Source of the DNA: Rhodocyclales bacterium
GTDB taxonomy: Bacteria; Pseudomonadota; Gammaproteobacteria; Burkholderiales; Rhodocyclaceae
Assembly: GCA_037440385.1 (NCBI GenBank)
Contig: JBBIUI010000003.1
Coordinates: 4,533-68,532, forward strand
Direction of reading: 5' to 3'
Length of the DNA stretch: 64,000 bases
The translations under genes and the position numbers were made by a program. Of the stretch, positions 22,509 through 33,819 are shown in pieces. How positions within the stretch are numbered: the stretch's first letter is position 1; the number at the start of each line of letters is the position of its first letter. Below the pieces are notes generated by a model that ran no database searches, was not told the DNA's origin, and was given only the letters and a program-made list of their open reading frames with translations.

Positions 22509-22856
22509 TCACCGTTTGAGCATCGGCGGCAACCGGTCCGGTCCGCCGACGACATGCACGTGAAGATGATACACCTCCTGCAATCCGACCCGACCGGTAT
22601 TGACGATCAGCCGGAAGCCGTCGGTGCAGCCCACCTGCGCCGCGAGCGGACCGCTCATCGCGATCATCTTGCCGAGCAGCGCCTGGTGGCCCAGGTCGCA
22701 TTCCGCCAGCGAGGCGATGTGCAGTTTCGGCACGATCAGGAAGTGCACCGGCGCGACCGGGCGGATGTCGTGGAAGGCGAAGATGTCGTCGTCCTCGTAC
22801 AGCTTGCGGCTGGGAATCTCGCCTCGCGCGATCTTGCAGAAAATGCAATCCGTCAT
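22509..22856 (-). CDS. HIT-family (histidine triad) nucleotide-binding protein
   Basis: CIFCKIARGEIP...VYHLHVHVVGG histidine triad. Confidence 0.85.
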   Translation of the reverse strand: MTDCIFCKIARGEIPSRKLYEDDDIFAFHDIRPVAPVHFLIVPKLHIASLAECDLGHQALLGKMIAMSGPLAAQVGCTDGFRLIVNTGRVGLQEVYHLHVHVVGGPDRLPPMLKR

Positions 22857-22893
22857 CGATACGCTCCGGTTTGGTGAATGTGACGGCGGCGCG

Positions 22894-23211
22894 CTAGCTC
22901 GCGCGGCCCGCCTTCTCGTCGATGCCCGAAATGCCTTCGCGCCTGCGGAATTCGGTCAGCACGTCCTCGACTCCGAGCCCGTAATGGGCGAGCAGCACCA
23001 GGCTGTGGAACCACAGATCGGTGACTTCCCAGACCAGATGCAGCCGGTCGGCATCCTTCGCGGCCAGGATCGTCTCGGCCGCTTCCTCCGCCACCTTCTT
23101 GCAGATGGCATCGAGCCCCTTCGCGTACAGCGATGCGGCGTAGGAGGAAGCCGGATCGGCGTCACGGCGCTCGGCCAGCGTCGCGGAAACGCGGTGCAGG
23201 ACGTCACTCAT
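22894..23211 (-). CDS. hisE: phosphoribosyl-ATP pyrophosphatase
   Basis: [31 protein letters not shown]...[17 protein letters not shown]. Confidence 0.9.
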   Translation of the reverse strand: MSDVLHRVSATLAERRDADPASSYAASLYAKGLDAICKKVAEEAAETILAAKDADRLHLVWEVTDLWFHSLVLLAHYGLGVEDVLTEFRRREGISGIDEKAGRAS

Positions 23212-23605
23212 TTGCGTAGATCTCCGCGGGGTCCTTGAGCACCGGCTCGACGGCCTGCCACTGGCCGTTTTCGAGCCGGTTGAAAAAACAGCTGTGGCGC
23301 CCGGTATGGCAGGCGATGCCGCCCGCCTGCTCGACGACGAGCAGCACGACGTCCTGGTCGCAGTCGCTGCGGATCTCGCGAACCGTCTGCACGTGGCCCG
23401 AGTCCTCGCCCTTGCGCCAGAGCCGGTTGCGCGAACGTGACCAGAACACCGAGCGCGCCTCGGCGGCCGTGCGCGCGAGTGCCTCGCGGTTCATCCAGGC
23501 GAACATCAGCACGTCGCGGCTCCCGGCCTCCTGCACGATCACGGGCAGGAGCCCGTCCTCGTTCCAGCGTAACGCTTCGAGCCAGCTCGGATCGTTCGGG
23601 TTCAT
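23204..23605 (-). CDS. hisI: phosphoribosyl-AMP cyclohydrolase
   Basis: [25 protein letters not shown]...[27 protein letters not shown]. Confidence 0.9.
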   Translation of the reverse strand: MNPNDPSWLEALRWNEDGLLPVIVQEAGSRDVLMFAWMNREALARTAAEARSVFWSRSRNRLWRKGEDSGHVQTVREIRSDCDQDVVLLVVEQAGGIACHTGRHSCFFNRLENGQWQAVEPVLKDPAEIYANE

Positions 23606-23612
23606 CGTCCGG

Positions 23613-24380
23613 TCACAGCCTGACTTCGATGCCGCACCGTTGCAGGTATTCCTTGGCCTGCCTCACCGTGAATTCACCATAGTGAAAGATGCTCGCCGCC
23701 AGAACCGCGTCGGCCCGCCCCTGCACGATCCCCTGCGCAAGATGCTCGAGGCGGCCGACCCCGCCGCTGGCGATGACCGGGATGGCGACCGCGTCGGCCA
23801 CCGCACGCGTGAGCTCGAGATCGAAGCCGTTGCGCGTACCGTCGCGGTCCATGCTGGTCAGCAGGATCTCTCCGGCGCCGAGCGCCTCGACCCGCCTCGC
23901 CCAGGCGAGCGCGTCGAGGCCGGTCGCCTCGCGCCCGCCGTGCGTGAACACCTCCCAGCGCAGAGGGTGTGCGCCAGCGGCGCGTTTGGCGTCGATCGCC
24001 ACGACGATGCATTGCGAGCCGACCCGCCCGGCCGCCTCGGCGACGAGCTGCGGATTGCGCACCGCCGCCGTATTGATGCTGACCTTGTCCGCACCCGCGT
24101 TCAGCAGCTTGCGCACATCGGCCACCGAACGCACGCCGCCGCCGACGGTCAGCGGAATGAAGACCTGCTCGGCCACCTTCTCGACGACCTGCACGATGAT
24201 ATCGCGCCCGTCGGAGCTTGCGGTGATGTCGAGAAACGTCAGCTCGTCCGCGCCCTGCTCGTCATAGCGGCGCGCGATCTCGACCGGGTCGCCGGCATCG
24301 CGCAGGCCGACGAAGTTCACGCCCTTGACGACGCGTCCCGCATCGACGTCGAGGCACGGAATGATGCGTTTGGCGAGCAT
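23613..24380 (-). CDS. hisF: imidazole glycerol phosphate synthase cyclase subunit
   Basis: [23 protein letters not shown]...; start trimmed from the track ORF. Confidence 0.95.
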   Translation of the reverse strand: MLAKRIIPCLDVDAGRVVKGVNFVGLRDAGDPVEIARRYDEQGADELTFLDITASSDGRDIIVQVVEKVAEQVFIPLTVGGGVRSVADVRKLLNAGADKVSINTAAVRNPQLVAEAAGRVGSQCIVVAIDAKRAAGAHPLRWEVFTHGGREATGLDALAWARRVEALGAGEILLTSMDRDGTRNGFDLELTRAVADAVAIPVIASGGVGRLEHLAQGIVQGRADAVLAASIFHYGEFTVRQAKEYLQRCGIEVRL

Positions 24381-24456
24381 GCAGCGGAGGGGCTCGGCCG
24401 GCACCGGCGAACGCAGCGTCGCGCTCAGCGCAGGCACGCGCGGCAACGGCGCGCCG

Positions 24457-25221
24457 TCACGCCGCGCCCTTCGCGTCGTTTCGCGCGGACAGGCGATCGA
24501 GTTCGGCCTGGGCCTTCCTGAAACTGAGCCTGCCCTCGTAGATCGCTCGGCCGGTGATCGCGCCGGTGATGCCCTCCGCCTCGACCTCGGCCAGCGCGCG
24601 GATATCCTCCATGCTTGCGATGCCGCCGCTGGCGATCACCGGCACGCGCAACGCGCGCGCGAGCCTGACCGTCGCCTCGATGTTGACTCCCGTCATCATG
24701 CCGTCGCGCCGGATGTCGGTATAGATCACCGCCTCGACCCCGTAGTCCTCGAACTTGCGCGCGAGATCGATCGCATCGTGTCCGGTCATCTTGGACCAGC
24801 CTTCCACCGCGACGCGCCCGTCGCGCGCGTCGATGCCCACGATGATGTGCCCGGGGAAGGCGCCGCACGCATCGTGCAGGAAGCCCGGATTCTTGACTGC
24901 GGCCGTGCCGATGATGACGTAGGAAATGCCGTCGTCCAGATAGCGCTCGATCGTGTCCAGGTCGCGGATGCCGCCACCGAGCTGGACCGGGATCTCGTCG
25001 CCGACTTCCGCCGTGATCGCCTTGATCGCCGCTTCGTTCTTCGGCTTGCCCGCCACCGCACCGTTCAGATCGACCAGGTGCAGCCGGCGCGCGCCATGAT
25101 CGAGCCAGTGGCGTGCGACCTTGTCCGGGTCTTCCGAGAAGATCGTCGCATCCTCCATGTCCCCCTGTTTCAGGCGGACACAGTCACCGTCCTTCAGGTC
25201 GATCGCGGGAATCAGCAGCAT
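24457..25221 (-). CDS. hisA: 1-(5-phosphoribosyl)-5-[(5-phosphoribosylamino)methylideneamino]imidazole-4-carboxamide isomerase
   Basis: [22 protein letters not shown]...; start trimmed from the 326-aa track ORF. Confidence 0.95.
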   Translation of the reverse strand: MLLIPAIDLKDGDCVRLKQGDMEDATIFSEDPDKVARHWLDHGARRLHLVDLNGAVAGKPKNEAAIKAITAEVGDEIPVQLGGGIRDLDTIERYLDDGISYVIIGTAAVKNPGFLHDACGAFPGHIIVGIDARDGRVAVEGWSKMTGHDAIDLARKFEDYGVEAVIYTDIRRDGMMTGVNIEATVRLARALRVPVIASGGIASMEDIRALAEVEAEGITGAITGRAIYEGRLSFRKAQAELDRLSARNDAKGAA

Positions 25222-25261
25222 GGGGCGGGGAGCGGGGCGGCGCGCACGCGTCGGGCGGAAA

Positions 25262-25903
25262 TCACGGTTCCCAGTGGAGGAAGTTGTCGAGCAACCTGAG
25301 GCCGGCTTGCGCGCTCTTTTCCGGATGGAACTGGACGGCGAAGATATTAGCGTGTGCCACCGCGCTGGTAAAGCGCAATCCGTAATCGGTCGAGCCGGCG
25401 GCCGTGCACGGATCGTCCGGCTCGACGAAATAGCCATGGACGAAGTAGAAGCGGCAGCCGTCCTCGAGGCCTTCCCACAGCGCGTGGCGCGGCCGGGCCT
25501 GATGCACCCGGTTCCAGCCCATGTGCGGAACCTTCAGCCGGACGCCATCGGCCGCGAACATGCGTTCGGGCGGGAAGCGGCGCACCCGCCCCGGCAGGAT
25601 GCCGAGACCCGCGACGCCTCCCTCCTCGCTCGTGTCGAACAACATCTGCAAGCCGATGCAGATGCCCAGGAAGGGTTTCGACGCCGCGCTTTGCACCACC
25701 GCATCGACGAGCCCGAGCCGATCGAGTTCGCGCATGCAGTCGGGCATCGCGCCTTGCCCCGGAACGACGACACGCTGCGCGGCCGCGACTCGTGCCGGGT
25801 CCGAGGTGACGAGCACCTGCGTGCGCGGGGCGACGTGCTCGATCGCCTTGGCGACGGAGCGCAGGTTGCCCATGCCGTAATCGACGATCGCGACGGTGCT
25901 CAT
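25262..25903 (-). CDS. hisH: imidazole glycerol phosphate synthase glutaminase subunit
   Basis: [20 protein letters not shown]...GICIGLQML...VQFHPEKS. Confidence 0.95.
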   Translation of the reverse strand: MSTVAIVDYGMGNLRSVAKAIEHVAPRTQVLVTSDPARVAAAQRVVVPGQGAMPDCMRELDRLGLVDAVVQSAASKPFLGICIGLQMLFDTSEEGGVAGLGILPGRVRRFPPERMFAADGVRLKVPHMGWNRVHQARPRHALWEGLEDGCRFYFVHGYFVEPDDPCTAAGSTDYGLRFTSAVAHANIFAVQFHPEKSAQAGLRLLDNFLHWEP

Positions 25904-25930
25904 GCACGCAGCGCTGACTCGGCTCGTAGC

Positions 25931-26518
25931 CTACAGCACGCCCTTCGTCGACGGCACGGCGTCCCCGGCGCGCGGATCGGCTTCGGCCGCCATGCGCAGC
26001 GCGCGTCCGAACGCCTTGAACAGCGTCTCGCACTGATGATGCGCGTTGCTGCCGCGCAGGTTGTCGATGTGCAGCGTGAGCCGCGCATGATTGACCAGCC
26101 CCTGGAAGAATTCGCGTACGAGATCGACGTCGAAGCCGCCGATCAGCGCACGGGTGAACTCGACGTCGAAGGTCAGCCCCGGCCGCCCCGAAAAATCGAT
26201 CACGACGCGCGACAGCGCCTCGTCGAGCGGAACATAGGCGTGGCCGTAGCGCCGTATCCCCGTGCGCTCACCGACGGCCGCCGCGAGTGCCTGCCCGAAC
26301 GCGATGCCGATGTCCTCGACGCTGTGGTGGGCATCGACCTGCAGATCACCCTTTGCCTCGACCTCGAGGTCGATCATGCCGTGACGCGCCACCTGATCGA
26401 GCATGTGATCGAGAAAGGGCACGCCGGTGGCCAGTCGCGCGCTGCCGCGACCGTCGAGATCGAGGCGCACGCGAATCTGCGTCTCGAGGGTGTCCCTGCT
26501 GATTTCGGCCTGGCGCAT
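25931..26518 (-). CDS. hisB: imidazoleglycerol-phosphate dehydratase
   Basis: [25 protein letters not shown]...[14 protein letters not shown]...[17 protein letters not shown]. Confidence 0.95.
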   Translation of the reverse strand: MRQAEISRDTLETQIRVRLDLDGRGSARLATGVPFLDHMLDQVARHGMIDLEVEAKGDLQVDAHHSVEDIGIAFGQALAAAVGERTGIRRYGHAYVPLDEALSRVVIDFSGRPGLTFDVEFTRALIGGFDVDLVREFFQGLVNHARLTLHIDNLRGSNAHHQCETLFKAFGRALRMAAEADPRAGDAVPSTKGVL

Positions 26519-26553
26519 CGTCGCATGCGGACTGCAAGAAAGCGTGCGCGGCC

Positions 26554-26562
26554 ATGATAGCA
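26554..26562 (-). promoter_or_regulatory. candidate extended -10 element (TGcTATCAT) for hisB-hisE transcription
   Basis: Reverse complement of atgatagca, about 36 nt upstream of the hisB ATG, in the 77-nt hisB/hisC divergent gap. No good -35 seen. Confidence 0.3.
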
Positions 26563-26595
26563 TTTTGGTTTTCCGCCGTGCCCTTCCCGCAGCCG

Positions 26596-27654
26596 ATGAG
26601 CCGATACTGGAGCGCCGTCGTGCGCAGCCTGACCCCGTATGTGCCGGGCGAACAGCCGGGGCTGCCCGGTCTGGTCAAGCTGAATACCAACGAGAACCCC
26701 TACGGCCCGTCGCCGCGCGTGCTCGAGGCGCTCGCCGCCGAGACGGGCGCTTCGTTGCGGTTGTATCCGGACCCGAACGCCGAACGGCTGAAGGAGGCGA
26801 TCTCCCGCCACCATGGACTCACGCCGCGGCAGGTGTTCGCGGGCAACGGTTCCGACGAGGTGCTGGCGCACGCCTTCCTGGCGCTGCTGCGGCACGAGCG
26901 GCCGATCCTGCTGCCCGACGTCAGCTATAGCTTCTACCCCGTGTATTGCCGGCTGTACGGCATCGAATTCGAATCCGTGCCGCTCACCGAAACCTTCGAG
27001 ATCCGCATCGACGACTACCTGCGCCCGAATGGCGGCATCGTCTTCGCGAACCCGAACGCGCCCACCGGAAGGGCGATCGGGCTGGACGAAATCGAGCGGC
27101 TGCTCGCGGCGAACCGTGAATCGGTGGTGCTGGTCGATGAGGCCTATGTCGATTTCGGCGCCCGGTCCGCGGTCGGCCTGATCGGGCGATTCCCGAATCT
27201 GCTGGTCGTGCAGACGCTGTCGAAGGCGCGCTCGCTCGCCGGACTTCGGGTCGGCTACGCGCTGGGCGACGAGCAGTTGATCGAGGCGCTCGAACGGGTG
27301 AAGAACAGCTTCAACTCCTACCCGCTCGGCCGGCTCGCGATCGCCGGCGCGGTGGCCGCCATCGAGGATCGCGAGCATTTCGAGCGCACCCGCCAGGCGG
27401 TGATCGCGAGCCGCGAGCGGCTCGTGCGCGATCTCGCTGCGCTGGGGTTCGACGTGCTGCCCTCGGCCGCCAACTTCGTGTTCGCACGCCATCGCGAACG
27501 AGACGCCGGCGAGCTCGCCGCGGCGCTGCGCGAGCGCTCCATCCTCGTGCGCCACTTCCGCCAGCCTCGCATCGAGCAGCACCTGCGCATCACGATCGGC
27601 GACCCCGCGCAGTGCGCAGCGCTGGTGCGGGCGCTCGCGCAGATCCTCGGCTGA
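26596..27654 (+). CDS. hisC: histidinol-phosphate aminotransferase (opposite orientation to the rest of the his operon)
   Basis: [21 protein letters not shown]...[13 protein letters not shown]...[15 protein letters not shown] (PLP-Lys motif). It is on the + strand while hisG, D, B, H, A, F, I and E are all on the - strand. ATG at 26596 chosen over the track start at 26554. Confidence 0.9.
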   Translation: MSRYWSAVVRSLTPYVPGEQPGLPGLVKLNTNENPYGPSPRVLEALAAETGASLRLYPDPNAERLKEAISRHHGLTPRQVFAGNGSDEVLAHAFLALLRHERPILLPDVSYSFYPVYCRLYGIEFESVPLTETFEIRIDDYLRPNGGIVFANPNAPTGRAIGLDEIERLLAANRESVVLVDEAYVDFGARSAVGLIGRFPNLLVVQTLSKARSLAGLRVGYALGDEQLIEALERVKNSFNSYPLGRLAIAGAVAAIEDREHFERTRQAVIASRERLVRDLAALGFDVLPSAANFVFARHRERDAGELAAALRERSILVRHFRQPRIEQHLRITIGDPAQCAALVRALAQILG

Positions 27655-27670
27655 GCGGGCGTGCGCCCGA

Positions 27671-28966
27671 TCACTTGCGCAACCGGAGCTGCGCGGCCCG
27701 GGCGTGCGCCTCGAGGCCTTCGCCGCGCGCGAGCGTCGAGGCGATCCGGCCGAGCCGGTCCGCACCGTCCGCCGAGACCTCGATGATCGACGTCCGCTTC
27801 TGGAAGTCGTAGACGCCCAGCGGCGAGGAGAAGCGGGCGCTGCGCGCAGTGGGCAGCACGTGGTTCGGACCGGCGCAGTAGTCTCCGATCGACTCGGACG
27901 TGTAGCGGCCGAGGAAGATCGCCCCGGCATTGCGCAGGCTGCCGAGCAATGCGCGCGGGTCGGCGACCGACAGTTCGAGGTGCTCGGGAGCAACACGGTT
28001 GGCGATCGCACAGGCCTCCTCGAGGTCGCGCACGGCGATCAGCGCTCCGCGCCGCTGCAGCGACCTGGCGATCACGTCGCGGCGCGCCCTCTCCGGCAGC
28101 GCCCGCGCGAGCGCCGCCGCGACGGCATCGAGAAAGCGGCGATCCGGACACAGCAGCAGGCACTGCGCCATCTCGTCGTGCTCGGCCTGCGCGAACAGGT
28201 CCATCGCGACCCATTCCGGCGGCGAGCTGCCGTCGGCGATGATCAGCACTTCCGAGGGTCCGGCCACCATGTCGATGCCGACCACGCCGAACACCCTGCG
28301 CTTGGCCGCCGCGACATAGGCGTTGCCCGGCCCGACGATCTTGTCGACCCGGGCGACGGTGGCGGTGCCCCAGGCGAGCGCTCCGACGGCCTGTGCACCG
28401 CCGATCGCGAACACACGATCCACGCCCGCGATCGCGGCGGCGGCCAGCACCAGCGGATTGCGTTCGCCGCGAGGCGTCGGCACGACCATCGTGAGTTCGG
28501 ACACCCCGGCCACCTTCGCCGGAAGCGCGTTCATCAGCACGGAGCTCGGGTAGGCCGCCTTGCCTCCCGGCACATACAGGCCGACGCGCTCGATCGCCGT
28601 GACCTGCTGGCCGAGGCGGGTGCCGTCGGCTTCGGCGTACTCCCAGGACGCCGCGAGCTGGCGCGCGTGATAGGCGCGGATGCGCTGCGCGGCCGCCTCC
28701 AGCGCGTCGCGTTCGTCCGGGGCAATCCGGTCGAGCGCGCGCCGCAGATCGGCCTGCGCGATCTCGAGCTCGGCCACCGCTGCCGCGGCGAGGCCATCGA
28801 AGCGCTCCGTGTACTCGAGCACCGCCGCATCGCCGCGCGCGCGCACATCGGCCAGGATCGCCGCCACGCTCTCCTCGATCGCGCGCTCCTCGCCCGGCTC
28901 GCGCGCAAGCAGCGCCGAGAGCGCCTGTTCGAATCCCGGCTGCGTGCTCGCCAGCTTGCGGATCAT
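27671..28966 (-). CDS. hisD: histidinol dehydrogenase
   Basis: [20 protein letters not shown]...; typical HisD body ([20 protein letters not shown]). ATGA overlap with the hisG stop. The 648-aa track ORF is over-extended. Confidence 0.95.
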   Translation of the reverse strand: MIRKLASTQPGFEQALSALLAREPGEERAIEESVAAILADVRARGDAAVLEYTERFDGLAAAAVAELEIAQADLRRALDRIAPDERDALEAAAQRIRAYHARQLAASWEYAEADGTRLGQQVTAIERVGLYVPGGKAAYPSSVLMNALPAKVAGVSELTMVVPTPRGERNPLVLAAAAIAGVDRVFAIGGAQAVGALAWGTATVARVDKIVGPGNAYVAAAKRRVFGVVGIDMVAGPSEVLIIADGSSPPEWVAMDLFAQAEHDEMAQCLLLCPDRRFLDAVAAALARALPERARRDVIARSLQRRGALIAVRDLEEACAIANRVAPEHLELSVADPRALLGSLRNAGAIFLGRYTSESIGDYCAGPNHVLPTARSARFSSPLGVYDFQKRTSIIEVSADGADRLGRIASTLARGEGLEAHARAAQLRLRK

Positions 28967-29604
28967 GCGATCGCTCCCGCGAAGCCATCGATCACCGGTT
29001 GCAGGACGTCGCGCCGGGTCTTCAGCGCCGCCTGATTGACGATGAGCCTCGCGCTGATCGGCAGGATCTCCTCGACCGCGACGAGCCGGTTCGCCCGCAG
29101 CGTGTTGCCCGAGGACACCAGATCGACGATCGCATCGGCGAGCCCCGCGAGCGGTGCGAGTTCCATCGAGCCGTACAGCTTGATCAGATCGACATGCACG
29201 CCTTTGGCCGAGAAATGCTCGCGCGCCGTCCGCACGTACTTGGTCGCCACGCGCAGCCGCGCGCCGCGGCGCACCGCCGCCGGGTAATCGAAGCCCTCCG
29301 GCACCGCGACCATCATGCGGCAACGGGCGATGCCCAGATCGAGCGGCTGATACAGCCCGTCGCTGCCCGCCTCGAGCAGCACATCCTTGCCGGCGATGCC
29401 CAGATCGGCCGCGCCGTAGCGAACGTAGGTCGGCGTGTCGGTGGCGCGCACGATGACCAGCCGCACGTCGTCCCGGTTGGTTGCGAGGATGAGGCTGCGC
29501 GAGTGCTCCGGATCGCCTCTCGGCACGATGCCCGCCGCCGCGAGCAGCGGCAGCGTCTCGTCGAAGATGCGGCCCTTGGACAGGGCGAGCGTGAGACCGG
29601 ACAT
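28963..29604 (-). CDS. hisG: ATP phosphoribosyltransferase (short form)
   Basis: [26 protein letters not shown]...[12 protein letters not shown]; 213 aa, which fits the HisZ-dependent short form. Confidence 0.9.
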   Translation of the reverse strand: MSGLTLALSKGRIFDETLPLLAAAGIVPRGDPEHSRSLILATNRDDVRLVIVRATDTPTYVRYGAADLGIAGKDVLLEAGSDGLYQPLDLGIARCRMMVAVPEGFDYPAAVRRGARLRVATKYVRTAREHFSAKGVHVDLIKLYGSMELAPLAGLADAIVDLVSSGNTLRANRLVAVEEILPISARLIVNQAALKTRRDVLQPVIDGFAGAIA

Positions 29605-29679
29605 GGGATGGGCGCAAGGCAAGGGCGCAGTGTATCTCACTCGCTCACGGGCGAGGACGCTTCGCGGCGGCCAGATCGC

Positions 29680-30930
29680 TCAGCGCACCCGCCTGATGCG
29701 TGCGCCCAGATGCGCGAGCTTTTCCTCGAGCCGTTCGTAACCGCGGTCGAGGTGATAGATCCTCTCGACCAGGGTCTCGCCGCGCGCCGCCAGCCCGGCG
29801 AGCACCAGGCAGGCGGAAGCGCGCAGGTCGGTCGCCATCACGCTCGCGCCTTCGAGACGGGGCACGCCGGTGACCACCGCCGTGTTGCCGTCGATGCGGA
29901 TGTCGGCGCCCAGGCGCTGGAGCTCCAGCACATGCATGTAGCGGTTCTCGAAGATCGTCTCGCGGATGATGCCGGTGCCTTCGGCCACCGCATCGAGCGC
30001 CATGAACTGCGCCTGCATGTCGGTGGGGAAACCGGGATAGGGGGCGGTGCGCACGCTCACCGCGGCGAGCCGGGCGGGGGCGCGCAGGCGGATCGCGGCG
30101 GGCTCGAAGCCGAGCTCGCAGCCGGCTTCCCTCAGCTTGTCGGTCACCGCATCGAGTTCGCCCGCCGAGGTGCCGGTCAGGCGCACTTCGCCGCCGGTGA
30201 TCGCCGCCGCGCACAGCAGGGTGCCGGTCTCGATGCGGTCGGCCATGATGCGATGCCCGGCCGCGCGCAGCCGATCGACGCCGCGAATGCGGATGACATC
30301 GCTACCGGCCCCCGCGACCTGTGCGCCCATCGCGACGAGACACGCGGCGAGATCCGCGATCTCCGGCTCGCGCGCCGCGTTCTCGATGGTGGTCTCGCCG
30401 TGCGCGAGCGCGGCCGCCATCATCAGGTTTTCGGTCCCGGTGACGGTGACCACATCGGTGACGATGCGCGCCCCGTGCAGCCGCCGCGCCTGCGCGTGGA
30501 TGTAGCCGTGCTCGACCCGGATCTCGGCACCCATCGCCAGCAGTCCCTTCAGGTGCTGATCGACCGGTCGCGCGCCGATCGCGCAGCCGCCGGGAAGCGA
30601 CACCCGTGCCTCGCCGCAGCGCGCGAGCAGCGGACCGAGCGTCAGGATCGATGCGCGCATCGTCTTCACGCGTTCGTAGGGCGCTTCGGCGCGCGCGATG
30701 TGCGCCGCCCGCAGCGTCATCGAATCGCCGTCGCGCTCGATCTCCACCCCCATCTCGCGCAACAGCCGCGCCATCGTCGCGACGTCCTGGAGCCGGGGGA
30801 CATTGGCGAGCGCCAGCGGCTCTTCGGTGAGCAGCGACGCGCACATCAGCGGCAGCGCCGCGTTCTTCGCCCCCGACACGGCGAGCTCGCCGGCGAGCCT
30901 GACGCCGCCCTCGATGGCGAGCCTATCCAT
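29680..30930 (-). CDS. murA: UDP-N-acetylglucosamine 1-carboxyvinyltransferase
   Basis: [34 protein letters not shown]...[14 protein letters not shown]. Confidence 0.95.
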   Translation of the reverse strand: MDRLAIEGGVRLAGELAVSGAKNAALPLMCASLLTEEPLALANVPRLQDVATMARLLREMGVEIERDGDSMTLRAAHIARAEAPYERVKTMRASILTLGPLLARCGEARVSLPGGCAIGARPVDQHLKGLLAMGAEIRVEHGYIHAQARRLHGARIVTDVVTVTGTENLMMAAALAHGETTIENAAREPEIADLAACLVAMGAQVAGAGSDVIRIRGVDRLRAAGHRIMADRIETGTLLCAAAITGGEVRLTGTSAGELDAVTDKLREAGCELGFEPAAIRLRAPARLAAVSVRTAPYPGFPTDMQAQFMALDAVAEGTGIIRETIFENRYMHVLELQRLGADIRIDGNTAVVTGVPRLEGASVMATDLRASACLVLAGLAARGETLVERIYHLDRGYERLEEKLAHLGARIRRVR

Positions 30931-31165
30931 GCCCGCCCTGCCACTGCTCCGGCGTCAGCGTGCGCATCGACAGCGCATGGATCTCCTCGCGCATGCGCTC
31001 GCCGAGCGCCGAATAGACGAGCTGGTGCTGTTCGATGCGGCTCCTGCCGCGGAATCGTTCGCTGACGATGACCGCCTCGAAGTGATGGCCATCGCCCTCG
31101 ACGGCGACGTGCTCGCAGGGCAGCGCCTGCGCGATGTACTGCCGAACCTGTTCCGGGGTCACCAT
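30923..31165 (-). CDS. ibaG: BolA-family protein (IbaG/YrbA-like)
   Basis: 80 aa: [33 protein letters not shown]...[14 protein letters not shown]. Canonical position next to murA. Confidence 0.8.
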   Translation of the reverse strand: MVTPEQVRQYIAQALPCEHVAVEGDGHHFEAVIVSERFRGRSRIEQHQLVYSALGERMREEIHALSMRTLTPEQWQGGHG

Positions 31166-31187
31166 GTCCGTTCGCTCCCGTTCGTGG

Positions 31188-31952
31188 TCAGGCGCGCAGT
31201 TTATAGCCGGAGCGCAGCATCCGCAGGCTCGCCGCCGCCAGCACGGCGAAGCAGGCCGACACGACCGCGAGGCTCATGGCCGGCGGCACGTCCGACACGC
31301 CCAGGAAGCCGTAGCGGAAGCCGTCGATCATGTAGAACACCGGGTTGTAGCGCGAGAACTCGCGCCAGAACGGCGGCAGCGAGTGGATCGAGTAGAACAC
31401 CCCCGACAGGAAGGTCAGCGGCAGGATCAGGAAATTCTGGAACGCCGCCAGCTCGTCGAATTTCTCGGCCCACACGCCTGCGATGATGCCGAGCGTGCCC
31501 AGGATCGCCGCGCCCAGCACGGCGAACGCGAAAGCCCACAGCGGCGCGGCCCAGCTCAGCTCGACCCAGAATGCCGCGATCGCGAGCAGCGCACCGCCCA
31601 CCATCAGGCCGCGTGCGATCGAGGCGAGCACATAGGCCGCGTAGATCTCGGCGTGCGACAGCGGCGCGAGCAGCACGAACACGATGTTGCCGGTGACCTT
31701 CGACTGGATCAGCGAGGACGAGCTGTTGGCGAAGGCGTTCTGCAACACCGACATCATCGCCAGGCCCGGCACCAGGAAGGCGCCGTAGGAGACGGTCTCG
31801 TAGACGCGCACGTGCGCCTCCAGCACGTGGGAGAAGATCAGCAGATACAGCGCCGCCGTCACGACGGGTGCCGCAACGGTCTGGAATCCCACCTTCCAGA
31901 AGCGCGCGAGCTCCTTGTAGAGCAGCGTCCGGAATCCGGCGGCGGATTTCAT
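31188..31952 (-). CDS. ABC-2 type transporter permease (YadH-like)
   Basis: 254 aa, 6 TM. ATGA overlap with the upstream ATPase. Confidence 0.8.
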   Translation of the reverse strand: MKSAAGFRTLLYKELARFWKVGFQTVAAPVVTAALYLLIFSHVLEAHVRVYETVSYGAFLVPGLAMMSVLQNAFANSSSSLIQSKVTGNIVFVLLAPLSHAEIYAAYVLASIARGLMVGGALLAIAAFWVELSWAAPLWAFAFAVLGAAILGTLGIIAGVWAEKFDELAAFQNFLILPLTFLSGVFYSIHSLPPFWREFSRYNPVFYMIDGFRYGFLGVSDVPPAMSLAVVSACFAVLAAASLRMLRSGYKLRA

Positions 31953-32851
31953 GCCGTGTGCATGACCTCGACGAACACTCGTTCGAGATCCGGCGGCCCG
32001 ATCTCGATATCCTCGATCGCGATGCCGGCTTCGCGCAGCGCTGCGAGGATGGACTCGATCTCGTCGCAGGTTTTCAGCTCCAGCCCGATGAAGCCGTCGG
32101 GCTCGGTTTCATACGGCTGCGCGATGCGCCGCGGCAACCGCGCACCTCCGGCAAGCCGCAGCCGCAGCCGGTGCCCCGCGAGCCGCTTCAGCAGGTTGGC
32201 GGTGGTGTCCAGCGCGACGATGCGCCCGGCCTTGAGCATCGCGATGCGCCCACACAGGTTCTGCGCCTCCTCCAGATAGTGCGTGGTCAGCACGATCGTG
32301 TGGCCTTCGCGGTTCAGGGAGCGAATGAACTCCCACAGCCCGTGGCGCAGCTCGACATCGACCCCCGCGGTCGGCTCGTCGAGCACCACCACGGCGGGCC
32401 GATGCACCAACGCCTGCGCGACCAGCACGCGCCGTTTCATGCCGCCCGACAGGCTGCGCATGTTGGCATCCGCCTTGTCGGTGAGATCGAGATGATGCAG
32501 CAGTGCGTCGATCCAGTCGTCATTGCGCCGCAGGCCGAAATAACCGGACTGGATGCGCAGCGTCTCGCGTACCGAGAAAAAGGGGTCGAACACGAGTTCC
32601 TGCGGAACCACGCCGAGCACGCTGCGCGAGCCGCGATAGTCGCACACGACATCGTGGCCGAGGATGGCTGCGCGCCCGGCGTCGGGCCGCACCAGGCCGG
32701 CGAGCGCCGAGATCAGCGTCGTCTTGCCCGCGCCGTTCGGACCGAGCAGCCCGAAGAATTCGCCGCGTGCGACCGACAGGTCGATTCCGGCGAGCGCGTG
32801 TACCTCGCCAAAGGACTTGGCGAGCCCGCATACTTCGATGGCCGCTGGCAT
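31949..32851 (-). CDS. ABC transporter ATP-binding protein (YadG-like)
   Basis: Walker A GPNGAGKTT, signature LSGGMKRR, Walker B VVVLDEP. Confidence 0.85.
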   Translation of the reverse strand: MPAAIEVCGLAKSFGEVHALAGIDLSVARGEFFGLLGPNGAGKTTLISALAGLVRPDAGRAAILGHDVVCDYRGSRSVLGVVPQELVFDPFFSVRETLRIQSGYFGLRRNDDWIDALLHHLDLTDKADANMRSLSGGMKRRVLVAQALVHRPAVVVLDEPTAGVDVELRHGLWEFIRSLNREGHTIVLTTHYLEEAQNLCGRIAMLKAGRIVALDTTANLLKRLAGHRLRLRLAGGARLPRRIAQPYETEPDGFIGLELKTCDEIESILAALREAGIAIEDIEIGPPDLERVFVEVMHTA

Positions 32852-32868
32852 TCGCGCGCGGCGACCCG

Positions 32869-33147
32869 CTACAGGGGAAGCAGTTCGGCGACTCCGTACA
32901 TCTGGGCGAGACTGAGCAGGTCTTGCGGAGGATTGACGATGCGGATCGCGCGCCGCGCGCCGGCCGCTTCGCGTTGCCAGCCGAACACGACCGCCAGCGC
33001 GGACGAGTCGACGCTGTCCACGCGCGCGAGATCGAAGACGGTTTCCTCGCGCCCGAGCAACTTCTTTCCCTCGTCGAGCAGCGCCGCGGCATTTGCCAGC
33101 GTCATCGCCGCCTCGACCTCGAGGCGATCGCCCGACGGGCGGATCAT
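32869..33147 (-). CDS. mlaB: STAS-domain protein (MlaB-like)
   Basis: 92 aa: DLARVDSVDSSALAVVFGWQREA. Position at the end of the mla cluster; ATGA overlap with the mlaC stop. Confidence 0.7.
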   Translation of the reverse strand: MIRPSGDRLEVEAAMTLANAAALLDEGKKLLGREETVFDLARVDSVDSSALAVVFGWQREAAGARRAIRIVNPPQDLLSLAQMYGVAELLPL

Positions 33148-33782
33148 TTCGCGATCGCGCCCGCCAGCATCGCGGTTTCCAGGCTGCGATTCTTCGCCTG
33201 CAGCGTCCGGATCAGCCCGTCGATGCCGCCGCTGCGCACTTCCTGGGCGAAGTTGCTGCGGTAGTTGGTCACCAGGCTCACCCCGCCCACGGTGACGTCA
33301 TAGACCTTCCAGCCTTCCGCCTTCTTCTCCAGGCTGTAGTCGATCGTGACCGGTTTGGCGCCCGGCTGCACGACCTGACTGCGTACGACGACATCGGTAT
33401 CGCCCGGATGCATGCGGAACGGCTTGAATTCCACGCTCTGGTTCTTGTAGGCGGTCAGCGCATTCGAATAGGTGCGAACGAGCAGCGTGCGGAACTCCAC
33501 GGTGAGCTGTTTCTGCTGGGCCGGCGTCGCCTTGCGCCAGTCGCGACCGAGCGCGAGGGCGGTCATCGCGGCGAAATCGAAATGAGGCAGCACCTTCGCC
33601 TCGACCAGCTCGACCGCACGCTTCTGGCTGCCCGCCTGGAGGTCGCGATCCTGGCGGACGATGGTCAGCACCTCGTTGGTGACGTTGCGCACCAGCACGT
33701 CGGGTGGGCTTTCCGCGGCGAGCGCCGCGCTCCAGGCGAGCGACTGAGCCAGTACGGAGAACAGCAGGATCAAGGCTCTCAT
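33144..33782 (-). CDS. mlaC: phospholipid-binding periplasmic protein MlaC (Ttg2D-like)
   Basis: MRALILLFSVLAQSLAWSAALA signal peptide, then the LPHFDF...ALGRDWRKATPAQQ pattern. Trimmed from the 268-aa track ORF. Confidence 0.8.
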   Translation of the reverse strand: MRALILLFSVLAQSLAWSAALAAESPPDVLVRNVTNEVLTIVRQDRDLQAGSQKRAVELVEAKVLPHFDFAAMTALALGRDWRKATPAQQKQLTVEFRTLLVRTYSNALTAYKNQSVEFKPFRMHPGDTDVVVRSQVVQPGAKPVTIDYSLEKKAEGWKVYDVTVGGVSLVTNYRSNFAQEVRSGGIDGLIRTLQAKNRSLETAMLAGAIAK

Positions 33783-33819
33783 GACACGAGTTTCCTTTGC
33801 GTGGGGTTCGGGTGCGGTT

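Noticed and set aside
27655-27670. Short shared 8-mer GCGTGCGC at both hisC flanks (26542-49 and 27660-67) as a possible inversion scar
   Set aside because: It is in direct rather than inverted orientation, and at 8 nt in GC-rich DNA it is expected by chance.
26374-28011. 545-aa minus-strand ORF that would put a co-directional gene in the hisC slot
   Set aside because: I checked it specifically because of the hisC inversion. The product has no aminotransferase motifs and is Arg/Ala/Gly-rich. The plus-strand frame gives a full-length HisC with the PLP-lysine motif.
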